A DNA stretch of 63,960 nt, filler included, from Dimorphilus gyrociliatus (taxonomy: Eukaryota; Animalia; Annelida): NCBI GenBank assembly GCA_904063045.1. It is 5 parts of 5 records of this genome, joined end to end, with 100 filler letters (N's around TTAATTAATTAA, not from the genome) between each part and the next. Parts side by side here need not be neighbours in the genome. Positions count along the whole stretch, not along the records: positions 1 to 26,070 come from CAJFCJ010000140.1; positions 26,171 to 40,169 come from CAJFCJ010000241.1; 3 more parts are not named here. One strand, 5' to 3'. The first letter of the stretch is position 1. The number at the start of each line of letters is the position of its first letter. Of this stretch, positions 13,004-27,352 are shown in pieces. The notes beneath the pieces are model-generated. The model had not been told where the DNA came from, did no database searches, and saw only the letters and a program-made list of their open reading frames with translations. A program made the position numbers and the translations under genes.

Positions 13004-16000
13004 CTATTTCCATTTGATGATCTTGATTTTGAAGATAATATAATCTAGAATCTCTTAATGTATATAACAAAGGATTAATAACAGAGTTAAGTGGTAGAAT
13101 AATAATAAACAATGTCATATAAGCATCATTATTTAGTCTCAGGTTACAGAATGTTGAAATTATTTCTGAAAGCATAAAAGAAACAAAAAAAATATTTTAC
13201 AAGAAAATAAAGAAAACTACTTTAAAATTTTGGTAAATCAGACCAGAAAATGTCACTCATTGAACATCCATTCAACTACATAATTGAACATTTTACGTAA
13301 ATATTTTATAAACTCTACAGAACGTCAACATTCAAAATTGACATTTTCTGTCACATTACCTAAATTTCTTTTCCTTTCCATTATATTTTATGCTATTCAC
13401 CCAAAAGAGAAACTGGTAACCAACACAAAATATTTACTAATACTATTACAAAAGTATTTAATTTATAGTTCTTTAGTTGATTACTGATTCTAAAATTTCT
13501 TGCTCTTAATGTCACTTTGAAAATTTTAAAATATACCAAAACAATTAACAAACAAATGACAAATATCACTAAACCGAAAACAGTAAATGAAAATATCCAT
13601 CCTTCAGTTTTGAAACTTGTAATATATAATGAAAAACAAATTGGACTTTTCGAATAAAATTCCTAGTATTTATTTTATTAAATTATCAACTAATGATACA
13701 TGTTTATAGTACTTACATGATAGATGAAAAAAGGAAGTGTTGACAAAGAGGCGGCAACTAGAAGAGCGATTATAGCTGAAAATGTTGCCCTATGTTCTGT
13801 AACAATGTCTTTTGACGGTTTAGTTAATACAATATATCTTTCGATTGTAATCAAACATAAAGTAAATACTGATACTAGAATTGACATACTACGAAGCCAT
13901 CCAAGCGTTTTACAGTATACACTATTCCTCCATGTAGAATCATTTTCAATGTAGTTACCTTTGAAGTACTGAGATACAATAATAAGTGAAATTAAATAGC
14001 ATGATGTACACATATCTGAAAATGTCACAGTTAGATGAAATACGTTTCTTCTTTGATCCTTTTTTTTTAACACCACTATTCTCACAAAAAGTACTATAAA
14101 ATTTTCAACAAATCCCAAAATTCCTAAAATCCAAAGTGCTGTTTCCATTCCTATTGAGGCTATCATATTTTCACATGAGTTAAAAAGTGAAGTTGATGGA
14201 TGACACACTTCAATTCGTTTTGAATATCTCCAGGCAAAGCAACACATGGAAAAATATTGACTGTACAATTGTTCAAGAGACTTTAAAGGTTTTAGTAGAG
14301 ATGATAAAAGAGATAAAGGCAATTGGCTATCTTGAAATGAGAGTATCCTCAGAGATTGTAGAGTTTGAAAAGATCGTTCGTGAAGGTAAACGATCTTTGA
14401 TTTCTCAATAATCAACTCTGTAAGATTTTTGCAATCTTTGAAAAAATTCTCTCCAAAGTGTGAAATGTTTGTTGACGAAATATTAATAGATAACAAATTC
14501 AAAGTCTTCAACAATCTCCTTTCTCCATCCATCTTTAACTTTCCATTGAAAATTGTCAAAAACTGCACATTTCTCAGTTGACTCTCCAAAATGCATGACA
14601 TGTTCAAAAATTCAAAATTGATGACTGAAAGACGAACAACGTTTGGAAATATTTTCGAAATTGGAAAATCAACAATGAACGAATCATGAAGCGATAAAGA
14701 AACAATTGAAAATATGGAATCATTCCACAACTGTTTGCCAATCAAATTTTCGTCAATTGAAATATTTGCAGACTTGAAACTCGTCAGTTCTTTCACATCC
14801 ATCCGTCTTTCTTTGAATGAACAATGAACCGAGTGGAAATTCGCCATCCGACAATCTTTAGACAAATTTCTATTTAAATTGCAATACAACTCATCGCTTC
14901 CCATCAAACAATCAACTTTTCCATTGCACACGTCGCTCAGAGCTATGTACAGATGCTGATTTCTGCATTTCATATATCCTCTAGGCCTAAATTCATCTGC
15001 AAAGTTGCCAATAGGTTTGACGGTATGTTTGTAATTTCAGCGTTTAGTTTCCCTTACCGCAGTTTGCTTCGTCATCGTTGTTAGTGCAATGAACAATTCC
15101 GTCACAAACCTGCTTGATGGAGATACAATATCCAGCATGTTTACACAGATATTGTCCCGTTGGACAAGATTTTCTCTTGCATGACCTTAGACTCAAAAAT
15201 GGAAAATGAACTTTTGTTAAAAGTTTTCCCATCGAAGTGTAAACGATTTCGCATTGTGTTTGGCGTTCAAATTTGTAGCATTCCAGACTTTCCGATGTGT
15301 GATATTTACTGCAGAAACTGTAGCTTTCATCTTTTCCAGTTACACAGTTCATTTGCATATCGCACAGTTTGTCTTTTGAAAAGCATTTATTGTCGCATTC
15401 AAATTTATTATACTTTTCACATTCTGTTCAAAGTAAAGTGACAGTTTGCATTTTCGTTTTGAAAGAATGATTTTTTAATGACATTTTTTTCTATTCATTG
15501 GGGAAATGTCAATGCTAAAACAAGAAAAAGGCAGTATTTATTGACCTGTTGCATTTGCAGAATAACCTTCCAAAGAACATTTCTCATCGCTTTCATCGAA
15601 ACAGTTTTTCTCATCATCACAAATATGTTTCTCATCGATACATTCCATATTGTCACACCTGTAATCGTTCTAATTGTAAAAACAGTGACAGTGTATGAGA
15701 AATTGACAGAAAATTGTTTACAAATCAGTTATTTACAAGATAGACTTTGGGTTGGAAAATAACAAGGAAGAATAAAAGAGCTAGCGATTGTTTTCTTTTT
15801 AAGGATAATGAAGTTGTAATAGTCAGTGTGGAGAGCTAATCTATCGTTAATATGTATATATTGTATATGGAGGTTGTAATTTGAAAGTGGATGAAATGTT
15901 TTTAGACTAGGAAGAAGAGTCTTTCATAATAGGTAAGTTATTATTAATTAAGCTTAGGCAATAGGTTATGAACTTTTTAGATCCAGCAGGAACAATGCAT

Positions 16001-19000
16001 TGAATATTTTTGGTATATTGAATTTTCTGCCATATTGAGATATGAAAGTTTTAAAGAAACATGATTACTTTGTGTTATTTGGACATTGTGGCTTTTCTAA
16101 AAATTTGATAAAGATTTATTAAATAAATAGAGAAAAAGAAAGATTTTTTGTTGCTTACCACAATGAATTTCATCCAATCTATTTGTACAGTCATATATAA
16201 AATCACAAACGCATTGAATAGGAATTGATTCATTAATACTACAAACAAATAATTCTTGTGTTGTGCAATTTTCCTCATCTTCACCTGAGATACAATCTTT
16301 AGTACCATCGCAAACATTTATTGAACTAATGCATATATCACTTTTATAACAGTGAAATAAACTTGGCGAACAATTATGAAACTCTTTATTCTCCAAATCA
16401 GATGTTAAAGAAAATTGATATTCATCTAAAGTTTATTTAAATATTTATTCTTTGGATTATTTAAATTATTTGTTGTTGTTTACACGAGAATTTACAAAAG
16501 TTTTTATCTAATAATATTTCATCACAATCTATTACAAAACTTGAAGGAAGGCTATATGACTTTTCCGTCGTTTCAACATACAAGCATCTTAGAGTATTTT
16601 TCATATGAAAATTATTTTTGTAGTTTGAAATTTTGAAATTTTTCAAACAATTCTCATTATTTCTATTTAAAAAATGATAAATAAACAATAAAGATAGTTT
16701 TATGTCCTCAGATATTATTTTCCAGTTTACCCTAATAACAGATGAATTATATATCCATAAAACTCATATGGTTTCCTATCGTCATATACAAGAATTTCGC
16801 GTTGATTTACGTCTTTAACTATTTTTAATTCTATAAAATTATAGAGAAGAAGGATTTTGGAGAAAATCAATTTTTTTAAATAGAATAAAAAAATATATTT
16901 TTTGATTTTAATAATGAAATTGACAGAAAACGTCACCAAAAAATGGTTAACGAGATTATGATAGCTACTGATTTATCATGAGAGGAATATCATCTAAGAG
17001 ACGGATTAGGATTATAGTACAAGCATACCTTTGTAGACGTTTGCTGTCGTATTCTGGTTTATATGAACATACTCTATATATTTTTGAAGAATACCTACTT
17101 CCAGGAATTGGTGTATATTCAGGAGTCATAAACTTATATTCAGGAATTGTCGTATAAGATAAAGATGCATTTCTCACGTGACATTCTCTTGCTGCTTTAT
17201 TAATTGTTACTTTTCTTGCATATGTAATTAGTGTGTAACAAGCATGCTCATAAGTATATGTATTTGGTTTCATACAATGAGAATCTATATGTTTTTTTTT
17301 TAAATTATACGTGAAAATAATTAATCAATTAATTAATTAATGAAAAAATCAATTAACTAATTTACATGAATTATTATTATTGCATTGTATGAAGGATTTT
17401 TTTCCATACTCTCTGAATAATATACATCAAAAAAAAAAAAGAAAATTATTAGTAGAACAAAACTTTCCTACCAGTTTTCTCAAAAGGTATGTTTATTACC
17501 AACATCAAATTCCTTCCCTATCCCCTTTTTTTTACTCTTAAGAAATCCTGTATACATTATTGAATAAAACTACATACGTGTAAAAAGTCTTATCACGTGA
17601 TAAAATATAATGACATTGTAATAAGTTTGATGCATGTGAGCAATTTAATACAAAAGTATATTCAATTGTTGGAAAGGTTAGTTCATTAATGTGATATTTT
17701 ATTTTTCCACCTTTAAATCCAAAATATTTACAGACAATGTCCAATTGAATACTATTCAATATATTGAAAAGATAGTACCATTTTCTTTTGTGAAAAATTG
17801 CTAAGAAACCTTCATAAAGTTCAAACTTTTTGCTTCTACTCATTCTTTCTTCATTAATTAGATATGTAGTCTGATTAACCAGAAGAAAATAATGATCTAG
17901 CAAAAAAGAAATATTTTAATATTTCTTTTTAAATTAGTATCTTTATCTTTTTTTGATGAATGTTGAAAACGCCTATTTTGAATTTAGAAAAAACTATCGG
18001 CGATTTCAACAATTTATGATTCATGTCCTTTTTTTTACCAGATATATTTAAATTTAAACATTTAACATTATGCTGTTGAGCACATTCATTTAACTTGTCA
18101 CTATCATTTTTCCAATTACATTGAACAAAGTTTGGTCCTCTAATTTTATATCTTTCCTTATAAACACTTAATTCAGAACACATGGATGGCTTTAAAGAAA
18201 GTTTTGTTATATATAGAAATATAGAAAAAAAATTGTATATTTTTAAACTTCTATATATCATCAAAACATAGACATACATACAGAATTAGTTAAAGAGATT
18301 TCATGAAAATTAGCATAATATTGATATGGATATTTTCCATCAATTTGACACATTAACTTTACTATTGGAATGTCATTAACCTTTTGAAAAAGCATTGGAT
18401 AGAATCCTAATGTTTTTGAATATAAAACATATGAAGTCAATTCTGGAATTGTTTTAGAAAACATGTATTTTTTTTTAAAATTTGATATTTTAATTAATTC
18501 AAAATCTAAAAAAGATAAAAAGCAAAAACGAATTTCAATATTTGATTTATATCTTTGAATATTTCATTAAATTTAGAATCACATATGCATAATACAAATA
18601 GAATATCATCATTAATTACCAAGCACTTCCTGTTCATTGCAGTGGATAGGTTCAAAATCTTTAAAATTGCTAACAATTTCAAAGCTACTCCTATCAATAC
18701 TTGTATTTTTTTGAAGGTTAATAATAAGTGATTTTATTATAGACTGGTTCTTATTCATTTCCTTCTCATCAAATTTAACTGTGGAATCATTTTTATAAAA
18801 TTCAATTCTTTTACAAATATCATGTTTTTCCAAAGATTTGTTTTTATATAAAAAAAAATTTGTTGAATTTTCTCTTAAAACAATATTATAAATTTTGTAA
18901 AAACTGTTACTGGACAATTTTTCATTAAGTAAACCATAGAGAACTGTAATGTATAACTAATTATTAACTATATCAATATTAATATAAAAGTATACTGACA

Positions 19001-19569
19001 GAATGATTGTAGCTTAAAACATTTTAGGCAAAATGAACCATAATATGATGGTTTAAATTCAAATTCATAACTGAAATATTAAGAATATTTACATAGTAAA
19101 GTCGTCTATTTTCTTTCTCACATTCTATATTTTCCAGTATCATATTCCATTGGTATGATTAACAAAGAATCTGTGTTTGTTTGGTTATTGGTACATCTTC
19201 ATTGGTAATATATAAGAAATTATTTTCAAAAATACCATTTTTTGGTTCACAAACTTGAGCAATAGCAAAAATATTATCGTATCCCAACATTCTACAGAGT
19301 TTTCTATGATATTCATTTTCAAGTATTAATCCAAAAGCAAGATTATAACGTTCATTTCCAATTTTTGTTGTCAAAAATATTTTACCATATACAAATTTTT
19401 CATTTTCAAACAATACTTTCATGTTATATGTTACATATGTTTCATCAAGATACTCATATAACATATTACCAAAATTAAAATGGTAGATGCGACAATTGTC
19501 CTCTAAATTTGAAATTATTATCAATTGTTGAAAATAGGTGAATAATTTAAAAATTTGGAATATATCCAT
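13004..19569 (-). CDS. Giant multi-exon receptor: SRCR-like repeats, C-type-lectin-like, LDLa repeats, LRR, 7TM (LGR/GRL101-like)
   Basis: Successive minus-strand exons: KLCRMLGY and YEGFLAIF..W..IVCKYFGF..LNC..LLQC (SRCR-like), YEHACY..AARECHVRNASL (CTL-like), several LDLa, LRR-hinge-TM1-4 (13690-14973), TM5-6 exon (EGWIFSF..NILCWLPVS), TM7 exon (PLNSVINPLLY) ending in TAG at 13004. Linking all exons into one intact gene is inferred. Confidence 0.75.
14099..15677 (-). repeat. 1579-bp near-identical inverted repeat, copy 1
   Basis: Reverse complement of 23722-25300. The ORF track gives identical or near-identical translations; I noticed only two substitutions. Confidence 0.95.
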
Positions 19570-20043
19570 TATCTTTTATCTAGGTCAGATATATATTCTT
19601 TGTTTAATGGATTAATAAAACTTGTTACTGATTGATAGAATGTATGTAGGATATATAGATCATTTTTTTGTTATATTGGTAGGCAATGATCTATTGTTAT
19701 CAAAAGAATTATAATTGAAATATGAAGATATTTTTCCTCTTTGTTTTGTTAAATGAGTAAATTAATTTTTATCATATTTTTAATCAATGTTGATATATTG
19801 CCACTTTTAATATAAACAAAATGATTAGAATTAGAAAATGAATCTATTGAAATATGAATATGATCGTTACAATTTATACATAGGAAACGCTTTTCTTCAT
19901 ATTTCAATTTTCATACTTTCATTACAAAGATCGATTTACCCATATTAATTAATTATAACTTTTATTCACAGATGTATATATTATTTATCAATCAACAACA
20001 AAGTTTATAATTCTTCTGACCTTTTCTGCCTAGATTATAGATA
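19570..20043. promoter_or_regulatory. Putative shared bidirectional promoter between head-to-head paralogs
   Basis: 474 bp separates two divergent homologous ATGs. About 50 bp upstream of each ATG is homologous (aacaaag..tctgacc..tagat..agataATG). Promoter function is inferred. Confidence 0.45.
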
Positions 20044-23000
20044 ATGAATAGAATCCAATTTTTTAAACTATTCATCAATTTTCAACAATTGATAATAGTT
20101 TCAAATTTACATAATAATTGCGGTGGCCTTCCGTATTGGGATGTTTTCTCATCTGATTTTCTTGACGAAACAAATGTAACATATTTCATTAGACCGTTAA
20201 TTGAAAATGAAAGATATATCTATGGTAAAATATATTTAAAAACAAAAAATGGAACTGAGCTGAATCTTGCTTTTGGATTAAAAATTGAAGAACAACAGTA
20301 TAAAAAACTTTGCAGAATGTTGGGATACGATGATATTCATTTTATAGCGGAAGCTTGCGATCCGGAAAATGGTATTTAAATAACTTTCTATACAAAACAA
20401 AATGAGAAAAACAAAAGGAAACAAAAACAGATTTTTTATCACTTTTACCAGAACAACGTGAATCTGGAAGATTCATTTTGTAAGGGAAACGATATTCATA
20501 TTTGATGGATTGTTAAATTTTCTTAACATTTCAGATTAAAATTAAAAGAAAATCAACGTTATTTAGGTTCATTTTGTTTAAAATGCTTCAAACTCCATTC
20601 AATTTGTTAGTATACTTCAGTATGAAATGGCTTAATGAATTATTTATTTAAATTTTCAGTTTTATTTGCAAATTTTAAGAGACGTCTAAAACGGTTTTTT
20701 GGTGTAGAAGAATTCTATGAAATTCTCATGAGATTCAATAAAGAGAATTTCATTTTATATAAAAAAAACAATACAATGAAAAATGTGAAAATTTGTCTTA
20801 AAGTAGAATTTTACTTAAATAACGCTCCAGAAAATTTTAACTATTTATATGACAACATTGAAAAACCAACTTCATTTGACAAGGCAAAATCACTTTTAAT
20901 AAATTATCAAGCAAGTAAAAATATTAATTGGACTATTTTTGAAAATTTGACAAGTGATACGTCAGTTGAAAAACTTGAATGTACATTCAAAGAAATTAAT
21001 GGTGTTAAGAGAGAAAAATGATTTATTTCACTAAAAAAATATTAATATGGTATTCTTTTTAGATTCTATTATAACTAAAATGTCAATATTTCAAAAAAAT
21101 TACATGTTTGATGACATAGAACCTGAAATGACTAGTTTTATCATTTTATCAAAAACACTTGGATATTTTCCATTAATTTTTTATAATGTTCATAAAAATC
21201 TTATTAAAAAATTAATTTGTCAATTGGATGGAAAAGTTGAAATACCACATTATAAATGGAAAAGCATTTATCAGGTACTATTATGGAAATCTTTACCATC
21301 AGTGTCTAGATGTCCTCAATTGAGTTATTCATGGCAAAAGAGGATAGGACCAATGTATGTAAAATGTAAATGGACCAAAGATTTTTTTAATGGATGCGTT
21401 GAAGTAGATTTTGATAGTGGACAGATTCATTATTCATTTTGCGTTGATAGAAAATTTATTGGTAAAAGAAAAATAAATATTTTATTTAAAACAAAATTTA
21501 TAACTTTTTTATTGCTTTTTTTTTCAGATTATGATTTTGTTTTGGTAAATCAAAATAGTTATTTGTCTATGAATGAAGGAAAATACTATGAAAATTTTAC
21601 TGGTTTCCTATTAAGTTATTACAAAACACAGTGGTACTACATTCATCCAATTAAACTTAAAAATTATGAAGTAATGAGTATATGTCAACAGTTTGGATAT
21701 AAAACTGGTTTATTAAAACATACTGGAGATTATACTGATTTGAATAATTTCTTTACATTTTTATTGCATTGTTCACATCCAACAGCTTTATTAAACTGTA
21801 ACATTAGCTTTGAAAACTTTGGAATATATAAGTTAATTTAAATGAAATTATTACTTTTTTGTTTATATCTATTTAAATTTTTACTAGAAAAGACGAGAGA
21901 AAACTTCATAATGCTTATATTCAATGCAAAAATAAAACATGTAATCAACTAGTCCATTGATATAAATATAATTTCTATTTTTTTATAAAAATACACAATA
22001 GATGTTGAATGTCTAAAACCAAATTCATATAGTTTTGAGGGGGCTTGCTACACTCAACTTAAATACGCTGACAGAATATCAATTAATCAAGCAGAAAAAG
22101 AATGTCAAATTAGAAATTACTCTCTATTTTTCTATACACAAAGATTATTTAGTTTTTTTTCATCAATAACAAAAGGTATGGCAATGAATCTTTTGAACAA
22201 TCAACAGAGTGTCCCCGGAAGTATTTAATATTTAAAATCCGTACATTTCTGTCTTGTATTTCATTTTTCTTTTTAGAACTAAAAGTACTCAAAGATATAA
22301 ATCAACGAACAATTTTGGTTCACATTAATGGGAAACCCTACAATTTTTATGGATTTTCAATCACATCAAAATCATAGTAAAATCAATAGTTTTTAACAGT
22401 TCATACTACAATTGATAGGCAGTCTATTTGTTTTTGTTTTTTAATGACCTATGCATGAAAGTTGTATGGACTGTCAATTCTCCACATTTATCTAATCCTA
22501 TATTATCAAAGTTGATTATGATGATAATGGAGAATTTCTTACTGGAATCAATCGATTAATTTAATGTTGATATATTTTTTTTAGCCTTTTCCAAAAGTGC
22601 AACTCACACCATATAGATATCAATTTGGATACCGAGTTTCATATACAAAATGAAAAAAGGTGTTTCTTTTTAAAAAAGACAGGATACATTACGATGTTCG
22701 AAACAAAAGAAAAATATTCAGTTAGTCCAGTTTCTTGTGATAAAAAGCTATTTATGGATCACTTTTGTGAAATTCCTTGTAAAACAACGAATCCTTAACA
22801 ACAAAGACATCTTTGAAAATCATTTTTTTTTCACTTAAAAAACAGATGACTATAAATTTTCTTTGGCAGCTGAATTGGAGAATAAAGATTTTCAGAATTG
22901 TTCACAAAATATGTTCAAGTGTTTTAAAAATGATATTTGCATTAGTATGATAAATGTTTGTGATGGTATAAATGATTGTATTTCAGGTGAAGACGAAATA

Positions 23001-26000
23001 GATTGTGAACAGATTCAATTATTTTCTTGTGATGTTAATTTTACGATTCCTATTCAATTTGTTTGTGATTTTGTGTATGACTGTCATAACCGAATGGACG
23101 AAATTAACTGCGGTTTGTATTCACAATTCCTTTTCTTATTTGCAATCAATTAAATATCAATTCTCTGTAGAAAATTTAAACTGTCCAGACAGGAAAATGT
23201 ACTCCCTTTTCCTTTCAAGTCACTATTACAGAAAATATTTCTCAGTTGTGTTTCCCTCATTGTACTGTTTAAATATTGCTCAAGTTCTTTTGTCATTCTA
23301 AGCAATTAAGATTACAAACCTTACTTCATTTAAATAGTGTAATTTAAATGATTATTTTGTTGATTTGAGTAACATTTTCTGTTAATTCACTATAAATATT
23401 TAGATATTAAGTAGAATCGGGAAGTTTCATACACTTTGCTGTAATTTAAAACAATTCTTACTCATACTATTGATAATTTCTAACAATATTCTGGATTTTC
23501 TACAAAAACTACTACAACAAAATGGACTTAAATCCCACCAAATCGAAGACACATATGGATATTAGAGCGGACTAATATAAAACAAAGTTGTAAATTTCCC
23601 TACAGTAAATTATAGACTACAGCAATAAAATAATTATAAAAATTTGTATTAAACCAAAAACACAAAGTGTATAAACCTTTCGAATTGTACCTAATGTATA
23701 TCTACAGCATATATATACTTGACAATTAGAACGATTACAGGTGTGACAATATGGAATGTATCGATGAGAAATATATTTGTGATGATGAGAAAAACTGTTT
23801 CGATGAAAGCGATGAGAAATGTTCTTTGGAAGGTTATTCTGCAAATGCAACAGGTCAATAAATACTGCCTTTTTCTTGTTTTAGCATTGACATTTCCCCA
23901 ATGAATAGAAAAAAATGTCATTAAAAAATCATTCTTTCAAAACGAAAATGCAAACTGTCACTTTACTTTGAACAGAATGTGAAAAGTATAATAAATTTGA
24001 ATGCGACAATAAATGCTTTTCAAAAGACAAACTGTGCGATATGCAAATGAACTGTGTAACTGGAAAAGATGAAAGCTACAGTTTCTGCAGTAAATATCAC
24101 ACATCGGAAAGTCTGGAATGCTACAAATTTGAACGCCAAACACAATGCGAAATCGTTTACACTTCGATGGGAAAACTTTTAACAAAAGTTCATTTTCCAT
24201 TTTTGAGTCTAAGGTCATGCAAGAGAAAATCTTGTCCAACGGGACAATATCTGTGTAAACATGCTGGATATTGTATCTCCATCAAGCAGGTTTGTGACGG
24301 AATTGTTCATTGCACTAACAACGATGACGAAGCAAACTGCGGTAAGGGAAACTAAACGCTGAAATTACAAACATACCGTCAAACCTATTGGCAACTTTGC
24401 AGATGAATTTAGGCCTAGAGGATATATGAAATGCAGAAATCAGCATCTGTACATAGCTCTGAGCGACGTGTGCAATGGAAAAGTTGATTGTTTGATGGGA
24501 AGCGATGAGTTGTATTGCAATTCAAATAGAAATTTGTCTAAAGATTGTCGGATGGCGAATTTCCACTCGGTTCATTGTTCATTCAAAGAAAGACGGATGG
24601 ATGTGAAAGAACTGACGAGTTTCAAGTCTGCAAATATTTCAATTGACGAAAATTTGATTGGCAAACAGTTGTGGAATGATTCCATATTTTCAATTGTTTC
24701 TTTATCGCTTCATGATTCGTTCATTGTTGATTTTCCAATTTCGAAAATATTTCCAAACGTTGTTCGTCTTTCAGTCATCAATTTTGAATTTTTGAACATG
24801 TCATGCATTTTGGAGAGTCAACTGAGAAATGTGCAGTTTTTGACAATTTTCAATGGAAAGTTAAAGATGGATGGAGAAAGGAGATTGTTGAAGACTTTGA
24901 ATTTGTTATCTATTAATATTTCGTCAACAAACATTTCACACTTTGGAGAGAATTTTTTCAAAGATTGCAAAAATCTTACAGAGTTGATTATTGAGAAATC
25001 AAAGATCGTTTACCTTCACGAACGATCTTTTCAAACTCTACAATCTCTGAGGATACTCTCATTTCAAGATAGCCAATTGCCTTTATCTCTTTTATCATCT
25101 CTACTAAAACCTTTAAAGTCTCTTGAACAATTGTACAGTCAATATTTTTCCATGTGTTGCTTTGCCTGGAGATATTCAAAACGAATTGAAGTGTGTCATC
25201 CATCAACTTCACTTTTTAACTCATGTGAAAATATGATAGCCTCAATAGGAATGGAAACAGCACTTTGGATTTTAGGAATTTTGGGATTTGTTGAAAATTT
25301 AATAACCGTTGTGTATAGATTAACTTTTACTAGAGATCAGAAACATAAAAGAAATATCTTTCACCTATCTTTAGCAGTGGCAGATTTATGCACTTCTAGC
25401 TATTTAATTATGTTAGGTATTGTTTCCCAATATTTTAAAGGTAACTACATAGAAAATGATTTTAAATGGAGGAATAGTTTGTACTGCAAAGCACTTGGAT
25501 TTTTTTGCAGTTTGTCAATTCTTGTATCAGTATTCAGTTTATTTTTTATTACAATCGAAAGATATGTTGTTATAACTAAACAAATGAAAAACATTCTAAC
25601 AACATATGTATCAGCTGTTTTTGTTGCTGTTTTGTTTCTAATTTCTGCTCTTTTATCAACTCTTCCATTTTTCTTTTATTCCGTGAGTATTACGTAATTG
25701 TATTATAGGCTTTTTTAAAGGCGAACATTTAGAACAAATACATAAAAAATTTTAGGGTTATTATTCAAAGAGTGCAGTTTGTTTTACTTTACATATAACC
25801 AGCCTTAAATCTGAGGGATGGATATTTTCATTTTGTACGTTTGGACTACTTATTGTTGTTGTTTTTCTGATAATTTTTGTTTTATACATCGAAATTTGGA
25901 AAACAACTTTAGAATCAAAAAATATGATTGATAAAGAAAGATTTGAGATTCGTCAAAAGAAGGTCACAATCAATGTATTCTTTATAGTATTAACAAATTT

Positions 26001-26070
26001 TTTATGCTGGTTACCTGTCTCATTCTTGGGTAAATATATTGAATATATATATGTCAATCTATTGCAATAG
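20044..26070 (+). CDS. Paralog of the 13004-19569 receptor, 3'-truncated by the contig end (TM7 exon missing)
   Basis: Same exon order: KLCRMLGY, SKTLGYFP..CQLDGK, SRCR-like, CTL-like, LDLa exons, LRR-TM1-4 (24426-25697), TM5-6 exon (SEGWIFSF..NFLCWLPVSFLG) ending near 26029. Confidence 0.75.
23722..25300 (+). repeat. 1579-bp near-identical inverted repeat, copy 2
   Basis: See 14099-15677. Confidence 0.95.
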
Positions 26071-26170
26071 NNNNNNNNNNNNNNNNNNNNNNNNNNNNNN
26101 NNNNNNNNNNNNNNTTAATTAATTAANNNNNNNNNNNNNNNNNNNNNNNNNNNNNNNNNNNNNNNNNNNN
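26071..26170. other. Artificial contig linker
   Basis: N44-TTAATTAATTAA-N44, a six-frame stop spacer of 100 nt. Confidence 0.98.
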
Positions 26171-27078
26171 AAAATTTAAATATAACCTGGATTATATATT
26201 GCAGGAATGATACATTTTGTTTTGAGAAACAAATTCCCATATTTCCAATTTAAATACTGATGAACAGTGTCTTGTAGGGAGAGAGACAAAAAAATAACTT
26301 TTAGGTGTAACTGTAACTTTAACCAAGTATTCTATTTCTGTTTTGAGGGATTACAGTATGTTTAATAATTTTCTTTTTCACACATATTGTAAATTAAACC
26401 TAATGTAAATATGCAGACCAGGACATGCTACAACTTGGTCTCACCTATTTTTAAAACCTTCTTAACAACTGTAAACATTATTAATAACACAAGTTGGATT
26501 TTTTACTGCCAAGTTCTACTTTCCCTTTCTATTTCACCAATAGCTGCGCAAGGGAAACAGACAAAGGATTTAATTAGCAAAAATTGAATGTGAAGTTAGG
26601 GTTGAGCCTGTTTGTTAAAACTAAATGAAATTGAGATGAAGAAATACAAAGGTTAAAGTGTGGCCCAGTTAGAACAGCCAGGTGTATCCAAACAAAACTC
26701 TAGTTGTTAGAGTTAAAAATTTTGGGGATGAGAGAAAACTAAACTAAAGTTTAGGGTAAATTTTTGGTCATTTCTAGGGTTGAAAAATATTTTTTACAAT
26801 TGCAAAAATTTTATTCTCATCCTTATTTAGTTTGGGGTTAGGATTAAGGTATGCATTGCACTAAACAAATCTAGGACAATAATGCTTGTCTTTATCAGTG
26901 CATTGATATGAACCATATTGGTTCAATACTACTTATCTATTGTAGAATAACCCTAGGCATAACAAGCTTAATTTCTATTTCAGTCTTCTTTTTTGTTTTT
27001 TGATTGCAATATTTCTCTATCAGTGTTTCATTGACTAGCAGAAATTAATTCATTGCTGCCAAATTGGCCATCAACTAC

Positions 27079-27352
27079 TGTACTTTGTTGTATTGTAATT
27101 GTAGGAATTTCTGGTTCGTCACAACTGTAATCGTCCTTTCCAATCATTTACCAACTTGCCAAAGTACTCAAACAAATAGAACCTTTAAAGTTCGTCCACA
27201 AATAGTCTAACAAAGGCAATTTCGGTAGAAATTGATTAACAAAACACCAGTATTTCGTCCAAAGAATATGTATTGAGTAAAATGAGCTTCTAGTTCTAAA
27301 CAAGCTAGTTTAAACAACTAGCTGACAGTTAGAAAACTGAACTATCAACTGT
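27079..27352 (-). repeat. Dispersed repeat family A copy
   Basis: Starts tgtactttgttgtattgtaattgtaggaatttc. Reverse strand encodes MIGKDDYSCDEPEIPTITIQQST (ATG at 27147). Confidence 0.85.
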
